From the IMG/VR virus record IMGVR_UViG_3300020056_000120, positions 1 through 28,478 of that record: a stretch of DNA of 28,478 nucleotides; one strand, 5' to 3'. Source of the DNA: a virus. Lineage: Duplodnaviria; Caudoviricetes. The position numbers were made by a program, and so were the translations under genes. The notes under the pieces are model-generated. The model was not told the origin of the DNA. It saw only the letters and a list, made by a program, of their open reading frames with translations, and made no database searches. Within the stretch, counting starts at the first letter, position 1. Every line of letters begins with the position of its first letter. Shown one piece after another: positions 13,824-24,900 of this stretch.

Positions 13824-15680
13824 ATGTCAAATCATAAGTTACAAATATCAGAATTAGATTTTGAAAATATAAAAGCATCATTAAAAAGATTTTTATCAAA
13901 TCAAAATGAGTTTAAAGATTATGACTTTGAAGGCAGTTCACTTTCAATTTTGTTAGACGTGTTATCATACAATACACACTATCTGTCATATAATGCCAAT
14001 TTCGTAGCAAACGAAATGTTTTTAGATACAGCTGAACTAAGATCAAGTGTGGCATCATTAGCTAAACTTGTAGGGTACACACCTATTTCAGCAAGAGCAC
14101 CTGTTGCTGATTTAAAAATAGTTATTAATGATGGTAGTGGTTCCACAATTGCTATTCCAGCAGGTACAAAATTTTCATCTGTCATAGATGAGGTGTCTTA
14201 TTCATTTGTTACTGTAGGTGAAAAAGTTATACAACCTGTTGATGGTGTATACACAGCACAAAGTTTAAATGTATATGAGGGTACTTACGTAAGTTATAAT
14301 TATGTTGTTAATACATCTGATGTTGATCAAAGATTTTTAATACCAAGTGATAAAGTTGATACCACAACTATTAGAGTCACCGTTCAAAATAGTTCTTCAG
14401 ATTTAACAGTTAACACATACACTAAAGCAACATCAATTACAGAATTAGATAGTACATCAAAAGTTTTCTTTTTACAAGAAGCTGAAGATGGTCAATATGA
14501 AATATATTTTGGTGATGGTGTTATAGGTAAAAAATTAGATGATGATAATATTGTTACTATAAGTTATGTTGTTACAAACCAAACAGAAGCAAACGGTGCA
14601 TCAAGTTTTAATGTTTTAGGATCTATTGCAGGATTTACAGACATTACCGTTACTGTAAACTCAAATGCACAAGGTGGTTCAGAACCTGAAACAATAGAAA
14701 GTATTAGAAAAAATGTTCCTAATTTTTATTCATCACAGGATAGAGCTGTAACAATAGAAGATTATAAATCAAAAGTAAAACAACTTTATGCTAACACACA
14801 AGCAGTTTCTGCTTGGGGTGGTGAAAACGCTGAAACACCTTTTTATGGTCGAGTTTATATTTCTATTTTACCAACAAGTGGGTCTAATCTTACTGAGTCA
14901 ACAAAGGCAAGAATAGTAACAGACTTAAAAAAATATTCTGTTGCTTCAGTTACACCAGTTATCGTTGATCCTGAAATTACAAATGTACTATTAACTTCAA
15001 CAGTTAAGTTTGATGAAAAAACAACAACAAAAACAGCTGATACTTTAAAATCAAACGTTATTGATACTATTACAAATTACAATTTAAACACATTACAAAA
15101 GTTTGATACAATGTTTAGGCATTCAAAACTTACAGGTCTAATTGATGATACAGATGAAAGTATTTTATCAAATATAACTACAGTACGTTTAAGAAAATCT
15201 TTTGTACCAACAATTGGTAGTTCTACAAAATATACAATTAACTTTGCAAATGCATTATATAATCCTCATAGTGGTCACGCTTCTGTTGAAGGTGGTATAT
15301 TATCATCAACAGGATTTAAAATAGAAGGTGATACCACAACCGTCTGGTACTTAGATGATGATGGACAAGGTAATGTTAGAAGATACAAACTTGACGGCTC
15401 TGTAAGATCATATGCTAATAGTACACAAGGTACAATTAACTACACATCAGGTTTAGTTGAAGTAAATTCTTTAAATGTTTCAAATATAGAAAACATAAGA
15501 GGTGCAGCTTCAACAGTTATTGAAGTAACGGTAAAACCAAATTCAAATGATTTAATTCCAATACGAAATCAAATATTGGAAATAGATGTTGCAAATAGTT
15601 CGGTCACAGTAGAGGCTGATACATTAGTTGGAGGCTCAGCAAACGCTGGTATTGGTTATACCACGACTAGTAGTTATTAA
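13824..15680 (+). CDS. gp6: T4 gp6-like baseplate wedge subunit
   Basis: Motifs ELDFENIK.SL, F.DYDFEGS.LS.LLD.L.YNT, E.FLD.A..R.SV, YEIYFGDG..G and Q.RAVT..DY. Confidence 0.93.
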   Translation: MSNHKLQISELDFENIKASLKRFLSNQNEFKDYDFEGSSLSILLDVLSYNTHYLSYNANFVANEMFLDTAELRSSVASLAKLVGYTPISARAPVADLKIVINDGSGSTIAIPAGTKFSSVIDEVSYSFVTVGEKVIQPVDGVYTAQSLNVYEGTYVSYNYVVNTSDVDQRFLIPSDKVDTTTIRVTVQNSSSDLTVNTYTKATSITELDSTSKVFFLQEAEDGQYEIYFGDGVIGKKLDDDNIVTISYVVTNQTEANGASSFNVLGSIAGFTDITVTVNSNAQGGSEPETIESIRKNVPNFYSSQDRAVTIEDYKSKVKQLYANTQAVSAWGGENAETPFYGRVYISILPTSGSNLTESTKARIVTDLKKYSVASVTPVIVDPEITNVLLTSTVKFDEKTTTKTADTLKSNVIDTITNYNLNTLQKFDTMFRHSKLTGLIDDTDESILSNITTVRLRKSFVPTIGSSTKYTINFANALYNPHSGHASVEGGILSSTGFKIEGDTTTVWYLDDDGQGNVRRYKLDGSVRSYANSTQGTINYTSGLVEVNSLNVSNIENIRGAASTVIEVTVKPNSNDLIPIRNQILEIDVANSSVTVEADTLVGGSANAGIGYTTTSSY

Positions 15681-15685
15681 ATGAA

Positions 15686-18310
15686 ATGGCCGACTTTAAA
15701 GATAAAATATCAAATCTTCTAAATTCACAAGTACCTGATTTTGTACTTGAAGATCATCCATTATTTTTAGACTTTGTAAAAGCATATTATCAGTTGATGG
15801 AATCAGCTGAGATCACATTAACAAACATTGGCGATCCAGATCATCTTCAATTAGATAGTGCCACTGGTGCAACAAACTTTATATTGTTAGATGGTACAAA
15901 TGTAAACAAAGATGATTCTACAGATAGAATACTTTTAGAAGATACATCATTTGGTGATTTTTTAAATGGTGAATTAATTACGGGTGCTACTTCAGGTGCT
16001 ACTGCTACAATATTAGTAGAAGATGTAGATGCAGGTTCTCGTTTATTTGTTACACATCAAAATAAATTTATAGAAGGTGAATTGATTACAGGTTCATCTT
16101 CAGGTGCTCAGGCAAACATTGGTAAGTACAGAGCCAATCCAGTTCAAAACATACAACAACTTTTAGATTACGCTGATGTGGACAAAACTATATCAGGTTT
16201 TTTAACTAAGTTTAGAAATTCATTTTTAACTTCTATACCTGATACATTAGATGGTGATGTTAACAAAAGAAATCTAATTAAAAATATTAAATCACTTTAT
16301 CAAGCAAAAGGTACAAAACGTGCAAGTGAAATATTTTTTAAACTATTATTTAATGAGGATGCTGAGATAAGATATCCAAAAGACAATATTTTAAGAGTAT
16401 CAGATGGTAAATGGAACACAAAAAAAATATTGCGTTGTGTAGAATTAGGAAGTTCAGATGCTGCAAATCTTGTAGGACAAATTATTACACAAGCAGACGA
16501 TCCAACTGACTCAACTATTAATAAAACTACAGCGGTAGTAGAGGATGTATTTAAATATGTTATTGGTGGACAAGAAATTGTTGAATTAGTTTTAGGTGAT
16601 GACTCTATAGATGGCAGTTTTGTTGCAGGAGAAAACGTAACAGGAGTAGATAATACTAATAGTGATGTAACCGTAACACTTACACAATCTGGAATTATTA
16701 ATAATAGGAATATAACAAATGATGGAGCTTTATATAATGAGGGAGATAATATATCTATTAATGGTGGTGGAACAGGTGCAACATTAAAAGTTGGCCCAAT
16801 AGGTTCTGGAACAATACAAGAAGTTATAGTTGATGATGGTGGTAGTGGATATGAAGTGGGTGATGTTGTTAACTTTAGTTCAGGTGGTACAACAGGAAAA
16901 GTTTCAGTTGTAAATGGTGGTGTAACTTTAGAGGATGATTCAGGACAATTAGTTTTAGAAACTGAAACGATGGCAAGTGACTCTTACTTTGGCGATAAGG
17001 TCGTACAAGAAAGTGGTACAGGTGTAGGTGATATTACTGATGTAAGATTAATCAACACTACAAGCCGCTATTCATCATTACCTATTTTATCTATAACTTC
17101 ATCTTTTGGTAGTGGTGCAAAAGTTTTAGCATATGGAACAGAAATAGGTCGTGCATTAACAGTCAACGTTACTGAAGCAGGATATGATTATCATTTATCA
17201 CCAGCTCCAACAATAGTATTACCTACTTATATTTTAGCAACCAATATTGTAGGTACGTTTACAGAAGGTGATACTGTAACAGGACTTGGTTCAGATGGTT
17301 CTTCAACGATTACTTCTACCATTGTTTCATTTAATACTAATACCAATGTTTTAAAACTTTCAGATGCAACAGGTACATATGGTACAGACATAACAATTAC
17401 ATCATCAGGTGGTGCAACGGCGACCGTAACAAGATTAGAACAAGCAACTGCTACAGTTGACACATCGGCTGTAGTTACAACTGATGGTGTTTTTTTAAAT
17501 GAAGATGGATGGATATCTGAGAATACAATGAGAATACAAGATAGTTTGTTGTACCAAGATTATTCATATATTATTAGAATTGGAAGATCAATCAATGAAT
17601 GGAGAGATAGTTACGTAAAAACTTTACACTCTGCTGGTTTTTATTTTCAAGGTGAGATTGCTATTACAACAAAATTAGATGCACAAATAAAAACTATTAC
17701 TGGTATAAATTCTGGTGTTACTCAAATATTTAAATCAGTTCTAAACAAACTTTTCTCTACTATTGTAGGACGTAGATTAGGAACTGAAACCGATGGTACA
17801 ACACTAAGAGCAAATGCAAAACTTGGTGTGTCTGCTGACTTAGATGATGCAACCATAACTCAGTTTGATAAAACTACAAGAGATGTTACTTTAACAAAAC
17901 CTATCAATATAAAATATTTAAGTAGAACAAGAAGAAATTTATCTAACTCATCTGGAGATTTGATAAATGTAAGACAAGGATTTGCATATGCAGGACCTAG
18001 ATTAGGAACAATAGATAGATTTGCAAATACGGCCTTTGGTACTACTGCAAATACTTCAGCAACTGGCGGCAGTAGTGGTATAACTTTACAAATATTAAAT
18101 GATATAATAGTAAAACATACAAAAACTACTTTAGATGGTTCTAATGCAATATTTTTAATGACATCAAATGAACAAGGTAAAAAATTAAAGACAAATTTTA
18201 CAATACCTGCTGATATTAGAAGTATAACACAAGTATATGGACAAAATTCTTTTGATGAAACATTAACAACTTTTGATAATGATAATATTACAATGGATAC
18301 TCAACCATAA
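15686..18310 (+). CDS. gp7: gp7-like baseplate wedge initiator
   Basis: Motifs Q.PDFV....P.F..F.KAYY..ME, IKNI..LY..KGT, F..LF.E...I.YP and IQDS..YQDYSY.I...V..LH.AG. It lies between gp6 and gp8. Confidence 0.75.
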   Translation: MADFKDKISNLLNSQVPDFVLEDHPLFLDFVKAYYQLMESAEITLTNIGDPDHLQLDSATGATNFILLDGTNVNKDDSTDRILLEDTSFGDFLNGELITGATSGATATILVEDVDAGSRLFVTHQNKFIEGELITGSSSGAQANIGKYRANPVQNIQQLLDYADVDKTISGFLTKFRNSFLTSIPDTLDGDVNKRNLIKNIKSLYQAKGTKRASEIFFKLLFNEDAEIRYPKDNILRVSDGKWNTKKILRCVELGSSDAANLVGQIITQADDPTDSTINKTTAVVEDVFKYVIGGQEIVELVLGDDSIDGSFVAGENVTGVDNTNSDVTVTLTQSGIINNRNITNDGALYNEGDNISINGGGTGATLKVGPIGSGTIQEVIVDDGGSGYEVGDVVNFSSGGTTGKVSVVNGGVTLEDDSGQLVLETETMASDSYFGDKVVQESGTGVGDITDVRLINTTSRYSSLPILSITSSFGSGAKVLAYGTEIGRALTVNVTEAGYDYHLSPAPTIVLPTYILATNIVGTFTEGDTVTGLGSDGSSTITSTIVSFNTNTNVLKLSDATGTYGTDITITSSGGATATVTRLEQATATVDTSAVVTTDGVFLNEDGWISENTMRIQDSLLYQDYSYIIRIGRSINEWRDSYVKTLHSAGFYFQGEIAITTKLDAQIKTITGINSGVTQIFKSVLNKLFSTIVGRRLGTETDGTTLRANAKLGVSADLDDATITQFDKTTRDVTLTKPINIKYLSRTRRNLSNSSGDLINVRQGFAYAGPRLGTIDRFANTAFGTTANTSATGGSSGITLQILNDIIVKHTKTTLDGSNAIFLMTSNEQGKKLKTNFTIPADIRSITQVYGQNSFDETLTTFDNDNITMDTQP

Positions 18311-18312
18311 CA

Positions 18313-18320
18313 TATAAATA
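18313..18320 (+). promoter_or_regulatory. T4-type late promoter TATAAATA
   Basis: Exact consensus in the intergenic gap. Confidence 0.8.
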
Positions 18321-18333
18321 GTAAGAGAGAAAC

Positions 18334-20445
18334 ATGGCAAAACAAGTAATAGATATAGGAACAGTAGCAAACGATGGCACAGGCTCTAGTTTAAGGGCGG
18401 GTGCTACATTTGTTAATAGTAATTTTAGTGAAATTTACTCAGCTTTAGGTGACGGTACAAGTATTACACTTACAGCTTCACCAGCAGAATTAAATTTACT
18501 TTCTGGTGTATCATCTATTGTTACTGGCACATCAAGTACAATTTTAACCAATAAAACAATTGATGCTGGTAATAATACATTATCTAATATAGGTAATAGT
18601 GCTTTAGTAAATTCAACTTTTGGTATTGCATCAGACGGATCTACTGGCGTTGCATCTCTAGGAACAACAATAACATTTGCTGGTGGAACAGGCATAACTA
18701 CATCATTTGGCTCAGACACAGTAACTATAGATTTAGATACAAGCACAGCTGCAACTTTAACTGATAATCAAATTTTAACAAATAAAACAATTAGTGGTTC
18801 AAGTAACACGTTATCAAACATAGGCAACTCAAGTTTAAGCAATTCTACAATTACTATTAGTGGTGATGCCACAAGCGATACAGTTGCTTTAGGTGAAACA
18901 TTAACTATTGCTGGTGGTACAGGTGTTGATACATCTATTACAACTAATACTTTAACCATTTCAGTTGATACATCGACTCTAGTTACACTTACAGGAAGTC
19001 AAACTATAGAAGGTAAAACAATAAATTTATCAGACAACACATTGTCAACATCTCTAGCACAATTAAACACAGCAGTTACAGATGCCACATTAGTTTCAAC
19101 AACAGGTTCAGAAACTCTTACAAATAAAATTTTCAATGCATCAAATAATACCGTTTCTAACTTGACAGTATCAATGTTAGCAAGTGGTGTGTTAGACACA
19201 GACCTTACAAGTGTTTCAGGATCAGATGATACTTTAGCATCAGCTAAAGCAATAAAAGATTATATTGACAGTTCAGCTGTTGGAGACATAACGGCCGTTG
19301 TTGCTGGCACAGGTTTAACAGGTGGTGCAACTTCAGGTTCAGCAACATTAGATATTGATACCTCTACAGTTGCAACATTAACAGGTTCACAAACACTAAC
19401 CAATAAAATTATTGATGTAGATAATAATACATTGTCTAATATTGAAGTAGATAATTTAAAATCTGGAGTATTAGATACAAATTTAACCACAGTATCTTCA
19501 AATGACGATACATTAGCATCAGCAAAAGCAATTAAAACTTATGTTGATTCAATTGCAACAATAGGTGATATAACAGCCGTAATTGCAGGATCAGGATTAA
19601 CTGGTGGTGGTAATGCCAATGATGTTACATTAAATGTTGGTGCTGGAAACTTAATTGACGTTCAAGCTGATCAAATAGATGTTGACTTATCTGAACTTGC
19701 AACATCAACTACTAATGGTGATGGTGATTTTTTTGTTGTTGTAGATAGTTCAAATGGTCAACACAAACTTACAAAGGCAAATATTAACATATCAGAATTT
19801 AACAATGACTCTGGATTTACTACAAACACTGGAGACATAACAGCAGTTGTTGCTGGTACAGGTTTATCTGGTGGTGCAACTTCAGGATCAGCAACTCTTA
19901 ATGTATCAGGATTAACTGTTTCAGAATTTGCAGCCTCTTCAATACAGTTATCTTCAGAATCTTTTGTAGATAATGATACATCACTAATGACATCGGCTGC
20001 AATTGAAGATCGTATTTTAAGTAAAGGTTATACTACTAATACTGGAGATATAACTTCAGTAACAGCAGGAACAGGATTAAATGGAGGTGGTACTTCAGGT
20101 GATATATCGCTTAACATTGATTTAGCTGAATTAACAGATATGACTGCGACTATGACAAGTTCAGACGAATTTATCGTTTTAGATGGTGGACTTGATAGAA
20201 GAAAGGCTGCTAGTGAAATAGGATTGTCAATATTTAACAATGACAGTGGATTTACTACAAATGTAGGTGATATAACAAATGTTACAGCAGGTACAGGATT
20301 ATCTGGAGGAGGTGCTTCTGGTTCTGTAACGTTAAATGTTGCTAGTGGTGGAATAACTTCAACACAACTTAATAGTGCTGTAAGACTTGATATTTTAAAC
20401 TCATCAGGCACAATAGTTAAAACATTATTTGGGTCAGGAACATAA
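18334..20445 (+). CDS. Repetitive fibre-like virion protein with a gp9/gp10-type N-terminal baseplate-attachment motif
   Basis: N-terminus MAKQ.I.IG..ANDGTG..LR.G....N.NF.EIY, followed by repeated LTNKTI and GDIT.V.AG.GL.GG..SG..TL units. Rich in S/T/G. Confidence 0.72.
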   Translation: MAKQVIDIGTVANDGTGSSLRAGATFVNSNFSEIYSALGDGTSITLTASPAELNLLSGVSSIVTGTSSTILTNKTIDAGNNTLSNIGNSALVNSTFGIASDGSTGVASLGTTITFAGGTGITTSFGSDTVTIDLDTSTAATLTDNQILTNKTISGSSNTLSNIGNSSLSNSTITISGDATSDTVALGETLTIAGGTGVDTSITTNTLTISVDTSTLVTLTGSQTIEGKTINLSDNTLSTSLAQLNTAVTDATLVSTTGSETLTNKIFNASNNTVSNLTVSMLASGVLDTDLTSVSGSDDTLASAKAIKDYIDSSAVGDITAVVAGTGLTGGATSGSATLDIDTSTVATLTGSQTLTNKIIDVDNNTLSNIEVDNLKSGVLDTNLTTVSSNDDTLASAKAIKTYVDSIATIGDITAVIAGSGLTGGGNANDVTLNVGAGNLIDVQADQIDVDLSELATSTTNGDGDFFVVVDSSNGQHKLTKANINISEFNNDSGFTTNTGDITAVVAGTGLSGGATSGSATLNVSGLTVSEFAASSIQLSSESFVDNDTSLMTSAAIEDRILSKGYTTNTGDITSVTAGTGLNGGGTSGDISLNIDLAELTDMTATMTSSDEFIVLDGGLDRRKAASEIGLSIFNNDSGFTTNVGDITNVTAGTGLSGGGASGSVTLNVASGGITSTQLNSAVRLDILNSSGTIVKTLFGSGT
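19183..20340 (+). repeat. Intragenic modular repeats in the fibre gene
   Basis: SGVLDT.L..VS..DDTLASAKAIK.Y.DS occurs at 19183 and 19462 (279-nt period). GDIT units occur at 19282, 19564, 19831, 20044 and 20266. FNNDSGFTTN occurs twice. Confidence 0.8.
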
Positions 20446-20456
20446 TAAAAAATCGT

Positions 20457-20464
20457 TATAAATA
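20457..20464 (+). promoter_or_regulatory. T4-type late promoter TATAAATA
   Basis: Exact consensus upstream of the gp8 SD (GAGGA). Confidence 0.8.
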
Positions 20465-20481
20465 TAAATGAGGAATAAAAA

Positions 20482-21981
20482 ATGCCAGCAATTATAACAA
20501 ATAAATTTAGAATAAACAACGCTGAACAGTTTGAAGAGTCTTTTTCTGAGTCATCCCCAACTGTATATTACTTAGGAATAGGTAGAGCGCAAGAATATGG
20601 TACTTTAACAAGACCAGATGCAAGAACAGATTACGAAGGTACTGAAACAGCACCAATCACTCCAGCAGATAGTGTATTAAATGAATATAAAAACTATGAT
20701 GACCTATTAGCTGCAAAGAAAATTACAGGCGCTGATGTTTCATTTGTTATTCCAAGAAGAAATTGGACATCAGGAACAGTTTACGACATTTACAGACACG
20801 ACTATGAAGAATATGTAACAGGTAGTTCAACTACAAGGGTTACATCTAATAGTGGTGCAACAACATTATTTGACTCAACATTTTACGTAGTGACAGACGA
20901 ATTTAATGTATATAAATGCTTAGACAATAATAATAATGGAACCTCAACTGATAAACCTACAGGAACTGGTACAACAGTTATAAACACTACAGATAGTTAT
21001 AAGTGGAAATATATGTACACACTTTCAGCGGCTGAACAATCAAACTTTTTATCTACTGATTTTATGGGTGTTTCAACAAACTCGTCTGTTCAATCAAATG
21101 CTATTAACGGTTCTTTAGATGTTGTAAAAATTAAAACTGGTGGTACAGGATATACAATCTCAGGTGGTGCAACATCAGGAACAATTTCAAATGTACCTAT
21201 CAAAGGTGACGGTGAAAATGCTGTTGCATCTGTTACTTTAACTTCTGGTGTTATTACATCAGTTACAGTTACAACAAGAGGAACTGATTACTCATCTGCT
21301 TACATTAGAAACGCTGACATACTTTCAGCAACAAATGCTGGTGGTACAGGATCAGGTGCTGAATTAGATGTTATTATTCCACCAAAAGGTGGACATGGTA
21401 AAAACGCTGTAAAAGAATTAGGTGGATTCTTTGTAATGTTAAATACTTCTTTAGAAGGAACTGAAAGTACAAATTCAGGCGACTTTACAGCTGCAAACGA
21501 TTTTAGAAAAATTACTTTAATAAAAAATCCTAACAATGCAAGTGGTACAGCTGCCTCTGCAACTACTTTAAGAGGAACATATGCTGTTAAAATTAACAGT
21601 TCTCCAACACCAGGAACATTTACTGTTGATGAAGAAATAAATCAAGCAACTACAGGTGCTGTTGGTAAAGTTGTAGAATGGGATTCAGTAAATAATATTT
21701 TGTATTACATACAAACAAGACACAATAATGCAGGTGCAAATACTGATGGTAATATTCCTGTGTTTTCGGGTGCAAATGTGATAAGTGGACAAACTTCAGG
21801 TGCAACTGGAACACCAGAAACATCTCAAAGTGGAACAGTTAATAGTGTAACTTTTTCATCAGGATATGCTGCTCCAGAATTACAACATGACTCAGGTGAT
21901 ATTTTATATGTTGAAAATAGAACTAAAATTACAAGAGCAACTGATCAGACAGAAAATATAAAATTAATCATTGAGTTTTAA
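20482..21981 (+). CDS. gp8: T4 gp8-like baseplate wedge subunit
   Basis: Motifs MPAIIT..FR..NA..F, VIPR.NW.SG..YD.Y, FYV......VYKCL.N, Y.WKYMY, P.GGHG......ELG, NDFR and I.R...Q.E.IK.IIEF. Confidence 0.9.
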   Translation: MPAIITNKFRINNAEQFEESFSESSPTVYYLGIGRAQEYGTLTRPDARTDYEGTETAPITPADSVLNEYKNYDDLLAAKKITGADVSFVIPRRNWTSGTVYDIYRHDYEEYVTGSSTTRVTSNSGATTLFDSTFYVVTDEFNVYKCLDNNNNGTSTDKPTGTGTTVINTTDSYKWKYMYTLSAAEQSNFLSTDFMGVSTNSSVQSNAINGSLDVVKIKTGGTGYTISGGATSGTISNVPIKGDGENAVASVTLTSGVITSVTVTTRGTDYSSAYIRNADILSATNAGGTGSGAELDVIIPPKGGHGKNAVKELGGFFVMLNTSLEGTESTNSGDFTAANDFRKITLIKNPNNASGTAASATTLRGTYAVKINSSPTPGTFTVDEEINQATTGAVGKVVEWDSVNNILYYIQTRHNNAGANTDGNIPVFSGANVISGQTSGATGTPETSQSGTVNSVTFSSGYAAPELQHDSGDILYVENRTKITRATDQTENIKLIIEF

Positions 21982-21995
21982 TATAGAGGAAACAT

Positions 21996-24900
21996 ATGCC
22001 AAGTCCAACTGATTTTAATGTCAGTCCTTATTATGACGATTTTACAGAGTCAAAAAAGTTTCACCGTATTCTTTTTAGACCTGCATTTGCTGTACAGGCT
22101 AGGGAATTAACTCAATCACAAACACAATTACAAAATCAAGTAGAAAAAGTATCCGATCACCTTTTTGAAAAGGGTGCAATGGTCATTCCAGGTGAAATTG
22201 GATATGATTTAAATTACTACGCTGTAAAGTTAACATCAAAATCTAATTCAACAATCGCTGACTATATTGGTACAACTTTAACTGGTGGTACATCAAGTGT
22301 TACTGCAAAAGTAATAAATGCTGTTGCAACCGATGGAACAGATCCAGATACTTTATTTGTAAAATATTTTAATACAAATAGTACAGATAATACAACAATT
22401 GCATTTTCAGATGGTGAAACAATATCTGCTTCATCAGGAGACACTGCTGTTGTTGATACAACTGCAACAGGTTCAGCTGCTCAAATTCAACAAGGTGTTT
22501 ACTATATTAATGGTTTTCATGTTCAAGTTTCTGCACAGACATTAATATTAGACAAATATACAAATACACCAAGTTATAGAGTAGGTTTAACAGTCACAGA
22601 ATCTTTTGTAACTTCTGGTGATGATACAACTTTAAACGATAATGCTCAAGGTGTTTCAAATACAAATGCACCTGGCGCTCATAGATTTAAAATAGAATTA
22701 ACATTAGCTAAAAAGGCACTTTCAGGTACTGATGATAGTAATTTTTATGAATTACTTAGATTATCAAATGGTACTTTACAAAATCAAGTAAGATCAACTG
22801 AGTACGCTGTTTTAGAGGACACTTTGGCAAGAAGAACTTTTGATGAGTCTGGTGATTATGTTGTAAAACCATTTGACATAGATGTAAGAGAACATTTAGC
22901 ATCAGGTAATAATAGAGGTATCTATACAGCTGCTAATGGTGGAGATGCAACAAAACTTGCTGTTGGTTTTTCTCCTGGAAAAGCTTACGTAAAAGGATAT
23001 GAGATAGATACAATTGCTACAACATTTGTTGATGTAGATAAGGCAAGAGATTTCGATACACAAAATAATTTTAGTACAAGGTTTGATGTTGGTAATTATA
23101 TCAACGTTACAAATGTATATGGTTCTCCAGATATCGCTTCTGCGTCAGGTGTTGAGGCATTTAAAGGTTTAACATTACACAATGAAGCAACGAGTTCACG
23201 TGGTAGTGCAAACTCAGGATCAGACTCATCTATTACTACAATTGGTAGAGCAAAAAGTAGAGGTTTTGAATATGCAGCTGGTACTGCATCAGCAAACATA
23301 TTTTCAAGTTCATCTTTAACCAGTGCAATTTACAGACATTATCTTTTTGATATTGTTTTGTTTAAACATTTAAATATAATCACTGCACAATCATTTACTG
23401 ATGGAGAAATTGTAACAGGTGGCACATCAGGTGCAACAGGTGTTGTACAAGAATATTCTTCAACAGAAAGTGCTACAATTACAGGTATTAGTCAAGCTGA
23501 TCCTGCTGTAGTGACTGCAAATAACAGTTTTAAAGAAGGACAACAAGTTTCAATTGCAAGTGTTGGTGGAATGACTGAGGTAAATGGTAATGTTTATACA
23601 GTTAGAAATCCATCAGGTACAACATTTGAATTATATGACACAGACGGAACAACTGCAATAGACTCATCAGCATTTACTGCTTATACATCAGGTGGTACTG
23701 CTTCACATGGTATTGTAGTAATATCAAATGTACAAGGTGAGTTTACTACAGGTGAAACAATTACAGGTGGAACATCAAGTAATACAGCAGTTATTCAATC
23801 AGATGCTGTTGGTTTAAAAGGTGTCACATCATTTGATTTACCATCAGTTAAACAAGTTGCAATGGCAGGATCTCCAACATTTACTGCTGATACATCATTA
23901 GATGCTACATATGGAGATAACTTTGTTTTAACTGGATCAATTGACGTAGGTTCAGGTAGTGCTTCTGTTACTGGTATTAATACAAGATTTAATGAAGAAT
24001 TAAAAGTAGGTGACTCAATTTCATTTACAAACGATAGCGGTAATACAGAAACAAAATTAGTAGAGGCTATCATATCTAATTCAAGTTTAACTTTATCAAG
24101 TGCAACTGCAGCTGCTTCTACAAAAACAATTGTAACAAGAAGAAGAGCGAAATCACAATCACCTGAAAAAAATGTAGCAATATTTAAACTTCCTTATGAA
24201 AATATTAAAACACTAAGAACAACTGCAAACGGTAATGCATCAGATACATCTTATACATTTAGAAAACATGAAATTAAAACGTTAACTGGAGATGGTGTTG
24301 GAACATTTAATGCAGGTGTGGGTGAAACGTTTGCTGATTTGTCAGAAAAAGATTTTACTGTTTCAATTGTAGGTTTAGGTTCTGGTGGTTCTGGTGCTGT
24401 AGGTGATGTATTAAGTTTAACAGGAAATAACCATGAAGGAACTGCAATCTTTTCTTTAAATCTTGCTAAAACACAATTAACTATTGACTTTGGCGCTAAC
24501 TACGCTTCACATGACGTTAAAGCATTATTAACTATAAACAAATCTGTAGGAACTTCAAAAGATAAAACATTAAATTCAAATGAAACACTTGCTGTATCAA
24601 CACAGGCAACAATTGAAAGTGGAACTATTGGATTAGCAAAGGCTGATGTTTACAAAATCAATAACATTTACATGGCCGCTGATTTCAGTACAGCCGCAAC
24701 TTCAAGTGATACAGATATAACAAGTAGATTTGATTTAGATAACGGTCAAAGAGATAACTTCTATGACATTGGTAGAATTAAATTAAAATCAGGTGAAGTA
24801 ACACCAACAGGACAATTATTAATTGATTTTGATTACTTTTCTCACAGTTCAGGTGATTACTTTGATGTTGATTCATATTCAGGTGTTATTGATTATGAAA

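Noticed and set aside
19183-20340. Repeats considered as a CRISPR array or DGR template/variable pair
   Set aside because: The repeats are in-frame, diverge mainly at synonymous positions and lack spacer periodicity. There is no adenine-specific pattern and no reverse transcriptase in the window.
18435-20519. Series of minus-strand ORFs antisense to the fibre gene, and similar ones opposite gp29, the hub, gp6, gp7, gp8 and DUF4815
   Set aside because: They are shadow frames of T/S/G-rich sense genes, with V/P/L-biased translations and no initiation signals.
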